64,000 bases of DNA from Torpedo marmorata (taxonomy: Eukaryota): NCBI GenBank assembly GCA_977017645.1, contig OZ360219.1:1984001-2048000 (forward strand). The letters are read 5' to 3'. This document shows positions 61,085 to 64,000 of the stretch, piece by piece. Below the pieces are notes generated by a model, which saw nothing but the letters and a program-made list of their open reading frames with translations, was not told the DNA's origin and did no database searches. A program made the translations under genes and the position numbers. The first letter of the stretch is position 1. Every line of letters begins with the position of its first letter.

Positions 61085-61880
61085 TAAACTGCTGGAAGTA
61101 TTCAGCAGATCAAAAGGAAGAAGAGGAAAGCTGGGTGTATATCGAAGTGTGTGGGAGGGAGGACAGGAGCTGGTAGATGATAGGTGGAACCTGGTAAGGA
61201 GGAGAATGATGGGCAGATGGAGCCAGGTGGGGGAGGGCAGAGGGATGATAAAGATGAACAAGTGGAGACAGAACCTTGCACAAGTGGGAATTGGAAAATT
61301 CAATGATCATACCATTGGATCACAGAACACCCAAGGAGTATATGAGATGTTGTTCTTTTAGGTTGCATTTGGCCTCCCCAAGGCAAAGAACAGAAATGTT
61401 GGTATGAGAATGGGAACGAGAGTTGCAATGACATGCAATGGAAGTTCAAGATGGTCATTGTGGACAGAGTGCAGGTGCTCTGCAAAACAGTCACCTGGTG
61501 TACATTTAGTCTCACGGAAGTAAAGGGGGCCACATTGTGAACATTAAGTGCAACAGACCAGGTTGGAGGAGGTGGATGAGAATCACTGCCTCACCTGAAA
61601 GGGCTGTTTAGGTCCCTGAACGGGACTGCTGTTGCTGCTCCGATAGTTGCAGGGGAAAGTGCCAGAGGACAGAGAGGGGTGGGTGGGAAAGGATGAGCAG
61701 ACAGGAAGTCATGGTGAGAGTGGTCCTTGCAGAATGTAAAAAGGTGCAGAGAGGGTAAGATGTGAATGGTGATGATATCCTGATAAGCTGGCGGAAATGG
61801 CGAAGGATGATATGTTGAATGCAGGTGCTAGTGGTATGAATGGTGAGTACAAAAGGAACTCTATTACTGTTCTAATAAAG
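61085..61880 (-). mobile_element. Old PLE fragment
   Basis: Degenerate GIY-YIG and 3' region. Confidence 0.65.
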
Positions 61881-61883
61881 AAG

Positions 61884-62020
61884 TAAAACACGAAAATCTG
61901 TAGACACCGTGGTTGAAGTAAAAAACACAAATGCTGGAGAAACTCAGCAGGTCAAACAGTGTCTTTTATGTAGCAAAGGTAGAAATACATAACCGACGTT
62001 TCGGGCTTGAGCCCTTTATC
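61884..62020 (-). mobile_element. Young PLE terminal repeat with truncated hammerhead
   Basis: Near-identical to 1479-1616; perfect stem II GGGC-UCAA-GCCC followed by GAAACGUC. Confidence 0.8.
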
Positions 62021-62069
62021 TTCTATCTGTGGAGAGGAGTGGAGAGTGATAGTTGGTTACAAAAGTGAT

Positions 62070-62420
62070 AAAATTCCACACTTTCTCTGACAATTTTCTT
62101 CCTTTTCTGGATCATCTCTATCTTAGGAGTCAACTTATCCATATCTCCAATAATCCCACCAACTGCCACAGATACCTTGACTACACTTCCTTTCATTCTG
62201 CCTCCGGTAAGGGCACCATCCCTTCCTCTCAGTTTCTCTCTATCATCTGCATCTGTTCTTAAGATGAGGCTTTCTGCTCAAGGTCCTCTTCCCTCCGTGG
62301 CTTCTCCTCTGTGGTAGTTGATGGAATGCACACACACATTTCCTCCATTCTCCCAAGGTCTGCTTTCAATCCCCCACTCCCCAGACACAAGAGATCAAAT
62401 ATCCATTTTGCCTCCATCAA
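62070..62420 (+). mobile_element. Old PLE RT C-terminal fragment
   Basis: LPFLD..PTNCHRYLDYTSFH..IPSSQF motifs. Confidence 0.65.
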
Positions 62421-62749
62421 TTTATTTTTTGCACCTGACCATAGAAGAGCGCATACAAAACTCGTTAGATATATCAAAGAATCAAGGAACTAACCAGAAT
62501 AAAGAACTGAAGGAAATGCTGGTCAAAAAATTGTCCTGGAGAAATTAGCAACCTAGAACATTAATAAATCCCAAGGGCTTATTGAATTTTGAAAGAATTG
62601 GTTTTCGAGATAGTGAATGCTCTGATCATCATCTTCCAGGGTTCTACATAGTCTGGAGTAAAACATGAGAGTCTGCAGATTGTAGTAAACACACAGAAAT
62701 GCTGGATGAACTCAGCAGGTATTGCAGTGTCCATAGGAGGACAAAATAT

Positions 62750-64000
62750 ATCAGAATCAGAATTTATTGTCATGAACAAGTCATGAAATTCGGTGTTTTG
62801 CGGCAGCATCATAGTGCAATTAAAATTCATATTAACCATCTAACGACATTACTATAAAAAATTATAAACAATAGTGCACGAAAAGTAAGGCAGTGTCTTT
62901 GGTTCATTGATTATTCAGGAATCTGATGGCAGCGGGTAAGAAGCTGTCCTTGTGCCATTGAGTGCTCGTCTTTAGGCTCCTGTACCTTTTTCCTGATGGA
63001 AGCAGGGTGAAGAGGGCATGGCCTGGGTGGTGGGGGTCCTTGAGGATAGAGGCTGCTTTTTTAAGACACCGCCTCATGTAGATGTCCTCGATGGAGTGAA
63101 GTTTTGTGCCTGTGATGTCACAGGCCAAGTTAACAACCTTCTGGAGTTTACTCTTGTCCTGGGAGTTGGCGCCTCCATACCAGGCAGTGTCGCAACCAGC
63201 CAGAATGCTCTCCACGGTACACCTGTAGAAGTTTACGAGAGTCTTTGGTGACAAACCGAATCTCCGCAAACACCTCACAAAATATAGCCGCTGACGAGCC
63301 TTCTTTGTGATTGCATCCACGTGGATGCTCCAGGACAGATCCTCGGAGATGTTGACACCCAGGAATTTGAAGTTATTGACCCTCTCCACGACTGAGCCCT
63401 CGATGAGGACTGGGTCGTGTTCCCCTGACTTCCTCCTGAAGTCCACAATCATCTCCTTGGTTTTGCTGACGTTGAGCTCAAGGTTGTTGCCATTACACCA
63501 TTCAATGAGCTGATCTATCTCCCTCCTGTACGCTTCCTCATTGCCATTTGTGATTCTGCCGACAACTGTGGTGTCATCGGCAAACTTGTATATGGCATTG
63601 GAATTGTGCCTGGCCACACAGTCATGGGTGTATAACGAGTAGAGCAGTGGACTAAGCACGCATCCTTGGGGTGCACCTGTGTTGATAATCAGTGAGGAGG
63701 AGATGTTGTTTCCAATTCGTACTGACTGTGGTCTTCCGATGAGAAAGTCAAGGATCCAGTTGCAGAGGGGGGTACAGAGGCCTAGAGTTTGTAGCTTCTT
63801 GACCAGCACTGAGGGAATAATGGTGTTGAAGGCCGAGCTGTAGTCGATGAAGAGCAGCCGTATGTATGAATTGCTGTTTTCGAGGTGGTCCAGAGCTGAG
63901 TGGAGAGCCAGCGATATTGCATCTGCTGTGGAGCGATTGTGACGATAGGCGAATTGCAGTGGGTCCAGATCTTTGCTTAGGTATGTGTTAATTCTGGCCA
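62750..64000 (-). mobile_element. Young Rex1/Babar-type LINE extending beyond the window
   Basis: Open RT/DUF1891-like ORF 62904-63809; highly similar to the copy at 11610-14063; (ttctga) tail. Confidence 0.92.

Overview
Eukaryotic DNA made almost entirely of nested transposable elements. The mix of Penelope-like elements (PLEs), CR1, Rex1/Babar, L1, V-SINEs and LTR elements suggests a cartilaginous fish (inference). No confident host gene was found; two weak candidate minus-strand exons lie near 57-59.6 kb. There are four LTR retrotransposons and one solo LTR, all with 5-bp TSDs. The most notable is a very young non-autonomous BEL/Pao element (3735-9639, minus). Its single intact ORF joins a SAFB/SLTM-like SAP domain, Gag and protease to a coiled-coil segment resembling the host protein MIPOL1, which sits where RT/RNase H/integrase should be. 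This BEL element and two related Gypsy elements (16778-21475 and 34330-38765) lack a tRNA primer-binding site. Instead, the sequence just after the 5' LTR is perfectly complementary (11-14 nt) to a segment of their own LTR, with compensatory changes between the two Gypsy copies, suggesting Tf1-like self-priming and/or poly(A)-signal occlusion. Also present: PLE hammerhead-ribozyme motifs, a 5S-derived SINE, hAT and Tc1/pogo-type MITEs, and a solo LTR with five phased CSL/RBPJ sites. Protein and family assignments come from recognised motifs, not database searches; boundaries of old fragments are approximate.
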